Positions 19,507 to 30,119 are shown, counted from the first letter of the stretch. The stretch is DNA of 64,000 nt from an uncultured Acidimicrobiaceae bacterium (GCA_963825605.1 CAWGTY010000014.1:117924-181923), one strand, 5' to 3'. Made by a program: numbers and translations. The notes: generated by a model not told the origin, from the letters alone.

Positions 19507-20943
19507 TCATTCCGACGGAACTGCGAGTTGATCGGGTGAAGCGCCGGTGAAGCGCAGCGCGGGATGGCTCCGATCGCCGGGGGAGAGGATCGTCGTCTTC
19601 ATCGGGAGCGCCAGGACGGAGGTGGCGAGGCCGCCGATCAGGATCAGCCACCAGATGTGGTCGAAGGCTGCGAGTGCTGACACCTGGCCGGTCGATGCGC
19701 CGAGGAAGGCGATGGTGAGCGCGACACCGAATGTGCCGCCGAGCTGGCGGCCGGCTTGGAGGGCGGCGCCGCCGACGCCGCGGCGGTTCTGGGGCAGGGA
19801 CTGGGCGACGACGCTGGCGAGTTGCGGGAACACGAGGCCGACGCCGACGCCGCTGAGCAGCATCGACGGGAGGTAGTCGCGTACGTAATCGACCTCGGGT
19901 CCGAGCATGACCAGGCGATACAGACCGCTCGACGCGTACAGCACGCCGCCGAGGAGCAGGATCGGTCGTTGACCGATCCTGCCGGCGAGCTTGCCGGCGC
20001 GGGGCGCGATCAGGCCGACGACGATCGGTCCGGGGGCGACACCGAAACCGGCCTGGAGGATCGACCATCCCCAGACCTGGGTGAGGAACAGGATCGAGCC
20101 GAAGAACAGCGCCGAGAATGCCGTGCCGAAGACCAGCATCGCGAGGTTGGCCCATCTGAAGTCGGGGATCTCGAACAGTTCGAGGTTCAGGACGGGAGCG
20201 ACGCTGCGGCGTTGGTGGGCGATGAAGGCGACCATGGCGGCGATGCCGGCGAGGGAGACGCCGAGTGTGCGGGTCGAGACCCAGCCGACGGCGTCGGTGC
20301 CGACGACGGCGTACGACAACAGCCCAGCGGCGGCGGCGGCGAGCGTGACGCCGATCGGTGACGGGATGCGGGTCTCGGGGTCGGATGATTCGTGCAGCGC
20401 AGACCGCCCTGCGACGACGGTGTAGGCGCCGACGGGGAGGTTGATGAAGAACGCCCATCGCCAACCGAGGGCTTCGACGATCGCCGCGCCGAGGGTGGGG
20501 CCGAGGGCGCCGGCGACTGCGCCGGCGGCACCCCAGATCGCGACGGCGCGCGGCAGTTGGTCGTGGGCGAAGGCGTGCATCACCAGCGCCAGTGACGACG
20601 GGATCAACGCTGCGGCGCCGGCTGCTTGGACGATGCGGAACACGATCAGCAACTCGGCCGTGGGTGCCAGACCGCACGCCATCGACGCCGCCGTGAACAC
20701 CGACGAGCCCGCCAGGAACATGCGACGGTGGCCGATCCGGTCGGCGACCTTGCCGGCTGGGATCAACAGCGCGGCGAACACGATCGTGTAGGCGTTCAAG
20801 ACCCACGAGAGCTCCGACGCCCCGGTGTCGGCGAACGTCGCCGAGATGTCGGGGAACGCGACGTAGAGGATCGTCGTGTCGAGGAACGTTGCCAGCGTGG
20901 CCAACGACGCGATCAGGAGCGTGCGGTTGGAATGGCCGAACAC
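19507..20943 (-). CDS. DHA2 (EmrB/QacA) family MFS transporter
   Basis: FLDTTILYVAFPDI, WVLNAYTIVFAALLIPAGKVADRIGHRR, WRWAFFINLP; start set at GTG 20943 just after the thioesterase stop. Confidence 0.9.
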   Translation of the reverse strand: MFGHSNRTLLIASLATLATFLDTTILYVAFPDISATFADTGASELSWVLNAYTIVFAALLIPAGKVADRIGHRRMFLAGSSVFTAASMACGLAPTAELLIVFRIVQAAGAAALIPSSLALVMHAFAHDQLPRAVAIWGAAGAVAGALGPTLGAAIVEALGWRWAFFINLPVGAYTVVAGRSALHESSDPETRIPSPIGVTLAAAAAGLLSYAVVGTDAVGWVSTRTLGVSLAGIAAMVAFIAHQRRSVAPVLNLELFEIPDFRWANLAMLVFGTAFSALFFGSILFLTQVWGWSILQAGFGVAPGPIVVGLIAPRAGKLAGRIGQRPILLLGGVLYASSGLYRLVMLGPEVDYVRDYLPSMLLSGVGVGLVFPQLASVVAQSLPQNRRGVGGAALQAGRQLGGTFGVALTIAFLGASTGQVSALAAFDHIWWLILIGGLATSVLALPMKTTILSPGDRSHPALRFTGASPDQLAVPSE

Positions 20944-20948
20944 GACGG

Positions 20949-21764
20949 TCAGCCCGTTGCCGTCAGACGCGTCTGGAACGACTCCGCGACGAGAGTGCCG
21001 TCCTGCGTGGCGATCACGCCGTGCTCGACCGCCAGGCCGCCGGTCGACGTCTCGATCGAGAACATCCCGATCAGCCACTCGTCGACACCCAGCACCACCG
21101 ACGGTCGATGGATGTGTGTCGTCAAGTCGATGCTGACTCCGCCGGTCGGAGCGTCGAGCCGAACGAACGCCGGCGGCGGGAACCAATCGCTCAACATTGC
21201 CAGCCACGATGTGTCGACCCGCCGACCGTGGAGCGGTCGCACGTAGCCGCGAACGATCGCGCGATCGCCGCCAGCGGACGGGAGGCCGGCGGGATCGAGG
21301 AGACCGTCGACACGCTCGAAGTGAGCGACCGGACCGCCATCGATTCGCACGCACTGGTCGACCGGCGGAAGACCCACCCGCGCCGGCGTGCTCCACTCGA
21401 CTCCCGTACGCGGCGTCAGCAGCGTCAGTCGACTCGTCAGCAACGGCCGGTCGTTCTGGCTCAGCTCGGCGATCATCGTCGTCATCGATCGTCCCCGACG
21501 CACCTCCCGGACCGACAACGTCGCCTCGCCGACCTCCCCGGTGCGCATGAAGCCGGTGGTGAGCGTGCGAACGGACCGGCCGGGTGCGAGCACCTCTGCG
21601 CCCCTCACCGCCAGCGCGCACATGTACCCGCCGTGGACACCCACCAGAGCAGACCAGCCGGAATCGAGCGCGACCGAGAACTCGCCGTCGCGGCCGAGGA
21701 TCGGTGTGAGCGCCGTTGCCCGGTCGAAGTCCGTTGCGACACACGCGCTCGTCAGTTCTGTCAT
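20949..21764 (-). CDS. double-HotDog acyl-CoA thioesterase family protein
   Basis: VHGGYMCALA, VRTLTTGF, SIDLTTHIH, QDGTLVAESFQ. Confidence 0.85.
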   Translation of the reverse strand: MTELTSACVATDFDRATALTPILGRDGEFSVALDSGWSALVGVHGGYMCALAVRGAEVLAPGRSVRTLTTGFMRTGEVGEATLSVREVRRGRSMTTMIAELSQNDRPLLTSRLTLLTPRTGVEWSTPARVGLPPVDQCVRIDGGPVAHFERVDGLLDPAGLPSAGGDRAIVRGYVRPLHGRRVDTSWLAMLSDWFPPPAFVRLDAPTGGVSIDLTTHIHRPSVVLGVDEWLIGMFSIETSTGGLAVEHGVIATQDGTLVAESFQTRLTATG

Positions 21765-21783
21765 GCAACTCATCCTGACAGGT

Positions 21784-21804
21784 TGAGTCTCGTGACGCAA
21801 CTCA
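21784..21804. promoter_or_regulatory. inverted repeat in the 54-nt divergent gap, probable HxlR operator
   Basis: TGAGT-N11-ACTCA, next to a -10-like TATGAT (21807-21812) lying 6 nt before ATG 21819 (leaderless). Confidence 0.5.
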
Positions 21805-21818
21805 CGTATGATCGAGGC

Positions 21819-22295
21819 ATGCGCAAGGCATCGTTCGCCGAGATGAACTGCTCGGTCGCCCAATCACTCGAGATCATCGGCGAATGGTGGACACTGCTGA
21901 TCCTGCGCGACTGCTTCTTGGGCATCCGCCGTTTCGACGACTTCGTCGACCGGCTCGGCATCTCCCGCAACGTGCTCAGCAACCGACTCGACAAACTCGT
22001 CGACACCGACCTGCTCGAGCGCCGACCCTACGACGAGGCCCGCGGCCGGTTCGACTACGTCCTGACCGACAAGGGCCGGGCCTTGTGGCCCGTGCTGACC
22101 GCACTGCGCCAATGGGGCGACGAATGGATCGTCGGCGAAGGCAACGAACCGATCCTGATCGAACACCGCGACCACGGCCACGCAGTGATCGCACAGATGA
22201 CCTGTGACGTGTGCGGCGAACCACTCGACGCACGATCCGTCCGCGCCGTGCCCGGCCCCGGCGCCAGCGGTAGTCCAGCCGTACAACTCGGGTAG
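21819..22295 (+). CDS. HxlR family winged-helix regulator
   Basis: MNCSVAQSLEIIGEWWTLLILRD…RRFDDF…LGISRNVLSNRL…YVLTDKGRALWPVL. Confidence 0.92.
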   Translation: MRKASFAEMNCSVAQSLEIIGEWWTLLILRDCFLGIRRFDDFVDRLGISRNVLSNRLDKLVDTDLLERRPYDEARGRFDYVLTDKGRALWPVLTALRQWGDEWIVGEGNEPILIEHRDHGHAVIAQMTCDVCGEPLDARSVRAVPGPGASGSPAVQLG

Positions 22296-22454
22296 CAGGA
22301 GCGATCCCCAGACCCGTCAGTCGGCAGCGGTCAATCCGCGGGAGGTCGCAGGCGCCCGCTTCCGGTTCCTGAGCGGGTCGAGACGCCGAGGTCGGGGTGG
22401 CGCCAATCGTTGGTCTCCGGTCGTCCGATGCCTTCTCTGATCGAATGGGAACCC

Positions 22455-24083
22455 ATGACTACCCGTGGGCGTCCAACGTGCATGCGCATGCGGGCTCTCG
22501 TCGTCGGACTCGCCTTGGCCGCTGCGGGTGCGAGCTGCGGTGGGAGCGACCCGGACGACGCCACTGCGCCTTCGTCCACGACGCAGTCGACTGGCGGTTC
22601 GGAGCCGGCGTCGTCGCAGGACTCTGACTTCGCCGGGGGTGTCGATGGGCCGGTGATGTTTGCTCCGGGCCCGCCGACCGAAGGCGGCGAGGACGCGTTG
22701 ATCGAAGGCGTCTTGGTTCTCGACGGTGATTGCCTCTTTGTCGGTGACGGCGCGCCCGGGACGCGGTTCGCTCTCCTGTGGCCGTTCGGTACAACCTGGG
22801 ACGCCGACGCTCAGGAGGTCGTGGGCCGAGACGGCACCCGGATGGCGATCGGGTCGATGCTGTCGGCCGGCGGTGGGTACGGGTCGCCTGAGGCTCTCCG
22901 GCATCTGCTGGACGACGACGCCCTTGCCGAACGCGCCGATGCGTGCGCGGAGGGCGAGTTCAGAGAACTCGCCCACGTGCAACACTCGATCTCGACCATC
23001 GAGGCCGGGTCGTCCGCCGAGCCATCGGACGGCGAGAACGAGTCGTCGAGCACCGGATGGCAGCAGTTGCCCGATCCTCCGTTGAGCGCTCGTTCCGCAG
23101 CGGTCCTCGCCGATCTCGATGGTCGCATCCTCGTAACGGGCGGATGGGAGCTTCTCTGCCCGCCCGGTGCGGACTGCGTGATCGACGACGTCACGAGATT
23201 CGTTGATGGTGCGGTCTTCGACCCCGACGAGAACAACTGGGCGCCGATCGCGCACGCCCCGGTCCCACTCGTCGGCGGCGCAACGACGTCGAGCGGGACC
23301 GATCTCTACGTCGCTGTCGCATGTGTCGGCTTGGCGGGGTGCGTCGACGAGACGGCGGTCCTGCGGTACCGCAGCACCGCAGACGAGTGGAACGTCCTTC
23401 CGGCGCCCGATCTCCTCCCCTCACCGATGCTCACCACCCTGTCCGACGGCACCGTGATCGCATTCGGCGGCAGCGACGAACAGGGCGAGTCACCCGACTA
23501 TCGACTCGTCGACGACTCCCGCTGGGAGTCCCTCCCTGATGATCCCCTGCCCGCGGTCCACGACCGGTTCGTCCTCGGTGACGGTCAGCAGATCTTCGTG
23601 TTCGGCAGCCCGATCGATGGTGACCGGCCGACCAAGCTCGGCGCCGTGCTCGACGTCGGCAACGGAACGTGGACAGAGCTCAGCGCCTCCAACGCTGCCG
23701 GCTACCAGGTCTGGGCTGGCGACGACGGGTTCTACCTCAACCCGCACTTCGGACCGTCCGTCGAAGGCGGCGTGTACGACCCGAGCACCGACACCTGGGC
23801 CGAGTTCCCTGAACCACCGACCACGGATTCGTGGCGTAACGACATGGCGGGCATCCTGCTCGGTCGAGACGCGACGTACGAGTACACATCCGGCTGGGTT
23901 CGAGATTCGACCACCGACCGGTGGATCGAGATCCCGCCACGTCCCGGCGCTGCGACCGAGGGCGAGTCGATCACGAACGTCGGACGCCGTCTCGTTGTGC
24001 ACGGCGGACAGGTCTGGACCGGCGAACAAGGCCGGCTCCTCACCGAAGTGTGGACCTGGACCCCGCCATCGGGCGAGGGCTGA
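22455..24083 (+). CDS. lipoprotein with N-terminal beta domain and Kelch-like propeller
   Basis: Lipobox GASC; EGVLVLDGDCL…LLWPFGT domain; repeated W-x-x-LP-x-P-P-L / GGW / YDPSTDTW Kelch-like blades. Start uncertain (22455/22482/22488). Confidence 0.7.
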   Translation: MTTRGRPTCMRMRALVVGLALAAAGASCGGSDPDDATAPSSTTQSTGGSEPASSQDSDFAGGVDGPVMFAPGPPTEGGEDALIEGVLVLDGDCLFVGDGAPGTRFALLWPFGTTWDADAQEVVGRDGTRMAIGSMLSAGGGYGSPEALRHLLDDDALAERADACAEGEFRELAHVQHSISTIEAGSSAEPSDGENESSSTGWQQLPDPPLSARSAAVLADLDGRILVTGGWELLCPPGADCVIDDVTRFVDGAVFDPDENNWAPIAHAPVPLVGGATTSSGTDLYVAVACVGLAGCVDETAVLRYRSTADEWNVLPAPDLLPSPMLTTLSDGTVIAFGGSDEQGESPDYRLVDDSRWESLPDDPLPAVHDRFVLGDGQQIFVFGSPIDGDRPTKLGAVLDVGNGTWTELSASNAAGYQVWAGDDGFYLNPHFGPSVEGGVYDPSTDTWAEFPEPPTTDSWRNDMAGILLGRDATYEYTSGWVRDSTTDRWIEIPPRPGAATEGESITNVGRRLVVHGGQVWTGEQGRLLTEVWTWTPPSGEG

Positions 24084-24274
24084 CAGCGCGTGACACGCGC
24101 CCGCTCGCCGTCGTGCAGCCGCACAGTCCGGAGCCTGCTGGTGGAGCGTTTCGCAGCGCTTGCGATCATCCCTGTCTCAGAACGCGACCCCGCGCGCTGC
24201 ACTGCCGGGGATGCGTTCGCGAAGCGCCCGGTACCGGCGACTTCGAATGGCCGAGGGAATCCTTGCCGACGAAT

Positions 24275-24302
24275 GTCATACGCAATAGGGTTGCCGTATG
24301 AC
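24275..24302. promoter_or_regulatory. inverted repeat overlapping the mazE start, probable TA autoregulatory operator
   Basis: GTCATACG-N12-CGTATGAC; the right arm contains ATG 24298. Confidence 0.65.
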
Positions 24303-24549
24303 GATGCTCAGTTTCAGAGTCGACGACGATGAGGCGGCAGCGGCCCAGCGCTGGGCAGACGCGCTCGGCATCGACAAGTCCGAGTTGCTCCGCGAGGCGC
24401 TGCACCGTCACCTCACCCGACTCGCATCCGAACACGACGCCGAAACCTGGCTGGATCAGCCACTCACCGACGACGAGTCAGCGATCGGCCAGATCGCCGA
24501 GTGGGGACCTGCCGAAGACTGGGCGGACTGGTCCGATGCAACGCGGTGA
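24298..24549 (+). CDS. mazE: ribbon-helix-helix antitoxin (MazE2-like)
   Basis: MLSFRVDD…KSELLREALHRHL RHH; acidic tail WGPAEDWADW; overlaps the toxin start. Confidence 0.9.
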   Translation: MTMLSFRVDDDEAAAAQRWADALGIDKSELLREALHRHLTRLASEHDAETWLDQPLTDDESAIGQIAEWGPAEDWADWSDATR

Positions 24550-24844
24550 GGTGTGGTTCGCGGCGACACCCGGCGGCGATCGCCCCGTACTCGTGCTCAC
24601 CCGAGACCCGGTCGCCGATCGCATCGGATCCGTCGTCGTGGCGGCGGTCACGCGCACCGTCCGAGGACTCGTCTCCGAACTCGAGCTCACAGCGACCGAC
24701 GACGGCGTCCCAACGGATTGCGTCGTCAACTTCGACAACATCCACACGATTCCGAGAGACGCCTTCCGCCGACACGTCGTCAAGCTCGAACCCCCGCGGC
24801 TGGCTCAGGCCTGCCGACGCCTGCGCGATGCCACCGGATGTTGA
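24536..24844 (+). CDS. mazF: MazF/PemK endoribonuclease toxin (MazF2-like)
   Basis: MQRGEVWFA…RPVLVLTRD…VVVAAVTRTVRG…CVVNFDNIHTI; 102 aa from ATG 24536. Confidence 0.92.
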   Translation: MQRGEVWFAATPGGDRPVLVLTRDPVADRIGSVVVAAVTRTVRGLVSELELTATDDGVPTDCVVNFDNIHTIPRDAFRRHVVKLEPPRLAQACRRLRDATGC

Positions 24845-25227
24845 GAAGGCTCCACCCGCCCGGCAATCGCGGCCCGAGAGACTCGACCGGCCGCTCGGGA
24901 ACCTCCCCGCAGTCGGTCAGGCGCGGATCGTTGGAGTGCCGCACGGAACGCGACCACCGACAGTGCCCCGTTCGGCGTTGGCAATCGGGACCATGCAGCG
25001 TTCGGCTTGGGTCGGAGCGCGCGGGCGATGAGAACCTGGCTGGCGCGTTACGGCGCTCGCATTGTGGACGTCGCCCCCGCGTCGTTGGTGCGCGTGTTTG
25101 CCCCATGTGCCCGCAATCCACCTGGACTGTCGCGATCATCCGGGACGTCTGATCTCGACAGGTGAAGGGGGTGGGCGATGAGTTGGTCGCCGTGTCTGGT
25201 CCGGGAGGCCGGTCGAACCTTCCGATC

Positions 25228-25510
25228 ATGTCCATCCTCACATCGAGCACCCGATCACCGACTTCGAGACCTGGGCGACCGCCTTCGACCGATTCAGCGA
25301 CGCCCGCCGCGATGCAGGTGTGTGCGCCCGACACATGCTGACACCGGTGGACGACCCGAGCTTCGTCGTGGTCGATCTCGAGAACGACACCGACGAGGCC
25401 GCGCTCGCGTTCCGAGAGTTCCTCCGGACAGTGGTCTGGGCAGTTCCCGAGAACGCCCCGGCGCTCGCGGGGGACCACATGCAGTCGAACTCAGAACCGA
25501 GCGCCGGTAG
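25228..25510 (+). pseudogene. small conserved actinobacterial protein (ferredoxin-like/ABM-type), frameshifted after codon 4
   Basis: MSIL then, after a missing [29 protein letters not shown]…[13 protein letters not shown]…[22 protein letters not shown]. Confidence 0.55.
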
Positions 25511-25700
25511 CGACGCCGGCGACATGCCTTACCACCGATCGGTGACGAGACCCGAGCGCTCGGGTTCGGCCGTTTGCGAGCGGGATCTCGGAGCTGCTCG
25601 AGTCAGCGCCCCTCCCGAGCTGTGCTGGATGACGTGGCAAACAGCGGTGACGAGGTCGACAGCTGACGCTGCCGACCTCGTCACCGGTTGTGGATCGGAG

Positions 25701-27257
25701 TCAGTTGACCGTGCCGACCGGACCGGCCGGTGCCGGGATGTTGTACTTCCCGGGCACCTTCTTGCCCTTCACGCCGTTGACCGACTCGGTCGAGTACGCG
25801 TAGGTGAGCACGGAGAACGCGACTGCATCGCTGTTCACGTCGAGCGCGTGCAGGCTGATGTTGTCGAACGTGTCGCACGCGAGGTGGTAGCAGGGGTCGT
25901 ACTGATCTCCCGCAGTGCCTCCCCAGATCGCAACCTGCTCGGCCGACTTCAGGCCCTCGGCACCGGTGAACAAGCCACCGGCCGGGATGTCGTTGTTGAT
26001 GAAGGCCTGGTAGTCGCTCCGGCCGCTGAAGGCGGAGTCGGCGTACGGTTCGCCGACCGACGTGTAGAACGACTCGAAGGTGTCTTCGATCTGGATCGAT
26101 CCGTCCGGCACGTCGACCGGCGCCGGGAAGCCCGACTCGTCACCGTCGTAGACACCGAACACGTAGTTCGGTGAGCCGATCATGTCGAAGTTGAGGTACA
26201 GCGCGATCCGGTCGAGTTCGTCCGGATCGAGACCGTTGACGTAGGCCGTCGATCCGACGAGCCCGCTCTCCTCAGCACCCCACCATGCGAAGCGCAGCGT
26301 GTTCTCTGGCTTCAGTTTGCGGATCTGCTGGGCGACCTCGAGCAGCGCCGCCGATCCGCTGCCGTTGTCCTGGATGCCGGGGCCACGCGGTACCGAGTCG
26401 AGGTGAGCGCCGGCCATCACGACATTGTCATCGTTCTTGCCGGGCAGCTCGGCGATCACGTTCTTCTGGGGCCGGCTCTCGGGCGGGTCGATGCTGACCA
26501 ATGCCGTCGATCCGCTCTGGGCGAGCGACTGCCCCTCGGGGAAGCCGGCACCGACCATCGGGATCCCGATGTTGCTCGGCGACCCGTCCGGCAGATTGGC
26601 GGCGTTGCCGCTCACGGGTCCTTCTCGACCAGGGGTGCCCTGATTGAAGATGATGATCGCCTCGGCCCCGGCGGCCTGGGCATTGGTCGCCTTCTCCGAG
26701 AAGAAGCAGAAACCGCGTTGGACCAGCGCGATGTCGGACGATCCACTGAAGTCGAGTCCGACGAAGTCGGTCGCCTCGCAGCCGCTGGTGCTCGCCCCCG
26801 GGTTGCCGATGGAGAGATCGACCGGGATGACTTGTCCGGTGACCTCTCCGAAGCCGGTTCCGGAGAACGAACCGGTCTCGTAATCGGCCGTGACCGGCGT
26901 GAGCTGGGTCAGGAGCCCCGGCGGCGTGTAGATGAACGGGAACTCGTTGATCGTCACGTTCCACCCGGCGGCCTCCAGGGTGTCGGCGACGTACTGGGCG
27001 CTCTGGTCGTACCCTGGTGTGCCGGCGGCACGGTTGCCGCCGTTGGCGTCAGCGATCGCCTGGAGCGCCGCCTGGTGTTCGCGCACCCCGTCGACGCGCA
27101 CGCACTCGAGCAGTTTTTCGTAGGTGTTGTTGTTGCGGGAGTCGCAGCCCGTCTGCGACGGACCTGCGTTGGCCACAGCCGGTGGGATCGCGGTCAGCAA
27201 GAGCGCCGCGCCGGCGAGCGCTGGCACGCATCGCCTCCTTCGTAGATCGAACGTCAT
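25701..27257 (-). CDS. secreted M28 family aminopeptidase with PA domain
   Basis: Signal peptide, [12 protein letters not shown] domain ([11 protein letters not shown]), [43 protein letters not shown]; start ATG 27257. Confidence 0.92.
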   Translation of the reverse strand: MTFDLRRRRCVPALAGAALLLTAIPPAVANAGPSQTGCDSRNNNTYEKLLECVRVDGVREHQAALQAIADANGGNRAAGTPGYDQSAQYVADTLEAAGWNVTINEFPFIYTPPGLLTQLTPVTADYETGSFSGTGFGEVTGQVIPVDLSIGNPGASTSGCEATDFVGLDFSGSSDIALVQRGFCFFSEKATNAQAAGAEAIIIFNQGTPGREGPVSGNAANLPDGSPSNIGIPMVGAGFPEGQSLAQSGSTALVSIDPPESRPQKNVIAELPGKNDDNVVMAGAHLDSVPRGPGIQDNGSGSAALLEVAQQIRKLKPENTLRFAWWGAEESGLVGSTAYVNGLDPDELDRIALYLNFDMIGSPNYVFGVYDGDESGFPAPVDVPDGSIQIEDTFESFYTSVGEPYADSAFSGRSDYQAFINNDIPAGGLFTGAEGLKSAEQVAIWGGTAGDQYDPCYHLACDTFDNISLHALDVNSDAVAFSVLTYAYSTESVNGVKGKKVPGKYNIPAPAGPVGTVN

Positions 27258-27685
27258 CGTTTTCTCCCTCACTTGTTTGGGCGGCCACCACCACCCTGGG
27301 CGGATCACCATCCGGGAGGACGGCGCAGACCGACCGTATCCCCCGCAAGTCGACGGTTCCAGTGGTATCCCGAATGGCTCTGGCAGGTCGTTGCACGAGG
27401 CGGGCAGTATGTACGCTGCTGCTGAACGCCGGAGAGCTGCGCGTAGCGCGTGCCGGCCTTGTCGCTGAGACCGATCCGCTCGAGCAGGTCCGAGACGTCG
27501 ACCGGGTCCGGGTACATGGCGGGCGAAGGTCTCGACCACCTCCCGCACCATCACGCGATCCTGGAATCTGCTCGCCTGCAGCTGGACCCCGAGACCTGCC
27601 ACCCGCCAGATCGACCGATCGGTTGATCGAACAAGCCACCTGGTGGTCGATGTGTGATTCTGGCGGGATCGTCAGGATCGAGGAC

Positions 27686-28234
27686 ATGACGAATCGACTC
27701 ACCATCCACCGTTCCACAACCTCAGCCGGGCACGCCGCTGCGCCGCTCGATCAGAAGCCTGGTCGACCGGTGTGGGCAGCCCGCGTCGCTCAGGTCCTGA
27801 CGGGGGCACTCGGCTTGTTCTTGATCTCGTCGGGGGCTGCCAAGTTCGGCGGCGGACACGTCTTCCAGTACGTCGAGCACCGATCGGGGATCGACATCTT
27901 CCACCCGTTCGCGAACCATGTCGTCGGTGTCGCCGAGGTGATGGCCGGGGTGCTCGTGCTGTTGCGTCGTACTCGGTTTGCGGGTTCGATGATCGCATCG
28001 GTCCTGATGGTCGGCGCCGTCGTGTTCCACCTCTCGCCCTGGCTCGGCGTGTCGGTGCCCACCGGACTCACCGATGGTGCGACCGCGCCGTGGTCCGCCG
28101 ACGACTTCGAGGCCACGACCACCGCCGTGCCGTTCGTCCTCGCGATCATCACCGGCATCGGCTCCCTGCTGCTTCTGCACAGCGCGTGGCGCACCCGGAC
28201 CGGCACGTCGACCACGACCTTCCCGGCCGAGTGA
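27686..28234 (+). CDS. DoxX-like membrane protein
   Basis: Four hydrophobic segments, GAAKF, VGVAEVMAGVLVL, GAVVFHL; GAGG before ATG 27686. Confidence 0.7.
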   Translation: MTNRLTIHRSTTSAGHAAAPLDQKPGRPVWAARVAQVLTGALGLFLISSGAAKFGGGHVFQYVEHRSGIDIFHPFANHVVGVAEVMAGVLVLLRRTRFAGSMIASVLMVGAVVFHLSPWLGVSVPTGLTDGATAPWSADDFEATTTAVPFVLAIITGIGSLLLLHSAWRTRTGTSTTTFPAE

Positions 28235-28314
28235 GTTGGGCGATGCGGTACCGGCCAGAGCGCTCCGATCGGATCGGTACTCTCGGATACGGGACGCTTG
28301 AGGGAGGGCCGGCC

Positions 28315-29490
28315 ATGGTGAACGAGCGCAGTCGGCGAGACGCTCCGGTCGGCCGGCTGCCGCGCGTGTGGTCGGCGGTCGCAATCGCGAGCGTGCTGGC
28401 CGGCCTCGTCATGACGTTCGATCCCGACTTCGGCAGCGTCGGCTCCACCGTCGTGACGCTGATCCCGTTCCTCCTGCTCCCGATCATCGGGATCGCGGCG
28501 CTCAGCCTGCCCGAGCGAGGTCCGTCGTCCGGGTTGACAGTCATGGCGATCATGGCGATCGCCGGCTGGGCCGTCCTGGTCGTCGACGACGACCGCTGGT
28601 CGATCCTCACGTTCGCGCTGCTCGGGCTGTGCTTCTCCGTCGAAGGAGTGATCGGCGTCGTCCTGGCGCTGGCCGCCACCACGATCTGGACAGCCGCGTG
28701 GATCGACGACGGCGTCGACGGCTGGCGGCTCCTCATCCCGGCAGCGGTGTTCGGCGCCGGCGTCGTGCTGTGGTCGACGCTGCGGCGCGCGGAGATCGAG
28801 AGTGCGGCGCTCGCCGCACTGCTCGAGCGGCTCGAGTCGACGCAGGCCGAGCTCGCGGCGGCCGAGCACGAGCGCGGCATGCTCGCCGAGAGGGCCCGCT
28901 TCGCCGGGGAAATCCACGACACCCTCGCCCAAGGCTTCACCTCGATCGTGGTGCTGGGCCGAGCCGCCCGACGCACCGGCAACCCCGCTGATGCACTGCT
29001 CGAGATCGAGACCGTCGCCGAGGAACACCTCGGGGCGGCACGACGACTCGTAGCTGCGGCGGGGCCCGCCGATCTCGAGTCGCTGTCGCTTCCCGACGCG
29101 ATGCGCCGACAGCTCGATCGCACGATCGACCCTGCCCGTACGACCGCGCACTTCGCCGTCGACGGCGTCGCGACCCACCTGCCGGCCGAGGTCGAGGTCA
29201 CACTGTTCCGCGGACTCCAGGAGACACTGCTCAACATCCGCAAGCACGCCGAGGCGACCATCGTGCACGTCACCCTCAGCTACCTCGGTGACCTCGTCGC
29301 ACTCGACGTCCGCGACGACGGACGCGGCTTCACCAATGGAGCCGTCGCCGACCACGGCGACCTCACCGGTGGGCAAGGGCTCCGAGCGCTGCGGCATCGA
29401 GCCGAGACCCTCGGCGGTGCGCTCACGATCGAGCCAACGCCTGCAGGCGGCGCAGCGGTGTCGCTGCAACTACCGGCGGTGACGTCGTGA
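28315..29490 (+). CDS. HisKA_3 sensor histidine kinase (NarX/DesK-like)
   Basis: N-terminal TMs, ERARFAGEIHDTLAQGF H-box, QETLLNIRKHA N-box, DDGRGF, GQGL. Confidence 0.92.
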   Translation: MVNERSRRDAPVGRLPRVWSAVAIASVLAGLVMTFDPDFGSVGSTVVTLIPFLLLPIIGIAALSLPERGPSSGLTVMAIMAIAGWAVLVVDDDRWSILTFALLGLCFSVEGVIGVVLALAATTIWTAAWIDDGVDGWRLLIPAAVFGAGVVLWSTLRRAEIESAALAALLERLESTQAELAAAEHERGMLAERARFAGEIHDTLAQGFTSIVVLGRAARRTGNPADALLEIETVAEEHLGAARRLVAAAGPADLESLSLPDAMRRQLDRTIDPARTTAHFAVDGVATHLPAEVEVTLFRGLQETLLNIRKHAEATIVHVTLSYLGDLVALDVRDDGRGFTNGAVADHGDLTGGQGLRALRHRAETLGGALTIEPTPAGGAAVSLQLPAVTS

Positions 29491-30119
29491 TCACCCTGTT
29501 GATCGTCGACGACCATCCGATCGTGCGCAGCGGGCTCGCCGCGCTCCTCGGCGCCGAGGACGACATCGACGTCATCGGCGAGGCCGGCAACGGAGCCGAC
29601 GCCGTCGCTGCCGCCCTTGCGCTCCGGCCGTCGGCGACGCTGATGGACCTCCGCATGCCCGGCGTCGACGGCGTCGACGCGATCGCCCAGATCACGGCCG
29701 AGTGGCCCGACGCCGCGATCGTCGTCCTCACCACCTACGACACCGACGAGGCGATCGTCAGAGCGATCGAAGCCGGCGCCTCCGGTTACCTCCTCAAGGA
29801 CGCACCAACCGAATCGCTGCTCGACGCAGTCCGACGCGCCGCAGCTGGTGAGACCGTGCTCGCCCCACCCGTTCAACGCCGCCTCGTCCAACGGGTTCGC
29901 GACCCCGAGGCAGGTGCGCTGTCCCAACGAGAGATCGAAGTCCTGCGCGAAGTCGCGTCCGGCCAGACCAACGCCGAGATCGCCGACCAACTCCACATCA
30001 GCCAGGCGACCGTCAAGACCCACCTCCTCCACATCTACGGCAAGCTCGGCGTCACAGACCGAGCCGCCGCCGTCGCCCGCGCCTACGAGACCAGCATCCT
30101 CTCCCGACGCCACGGCTGA
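29487..30119 (+). CDS. NarL/FixJ family response regulator
   Basis: VDDHPIVR, LMDLRMP, GYLLKD, LuxR HTH; GTGA overlap with the kinase. Confidence 0.95.
   Translation: MITLLIVDDHPIVRSGLAALLGAEDDIDVIGEAGNGADAVAAALALRPSATLMDLRMPGVDGVDAIAQITAEWPDAAIVVLTTYDTDEAIVRAIEAGASGYLLKDAPTESLLDAVRRAAAGETVLAPPVQRRLVQRVRDPEAGALSQREIEVLREVASGQTNAEIADQLHISQATVKTHLLHIYGKLGVTDRAAAVARAYETSILSRRHG

Noticed and set aside
19507-21768. 753-aa MFS fusion protein
   Set aside because: The N-terminal 275 codons overlap the thioesterase in another frame and are low-complexity; the MFS core starts at GTG 20943.
20889-22295. 468-aa extended HxlR protein
   Set aside because: The extension is antisense to the thioesterase; the HxlR domain begins at ATG 21819 behind a -10-like hexamer.
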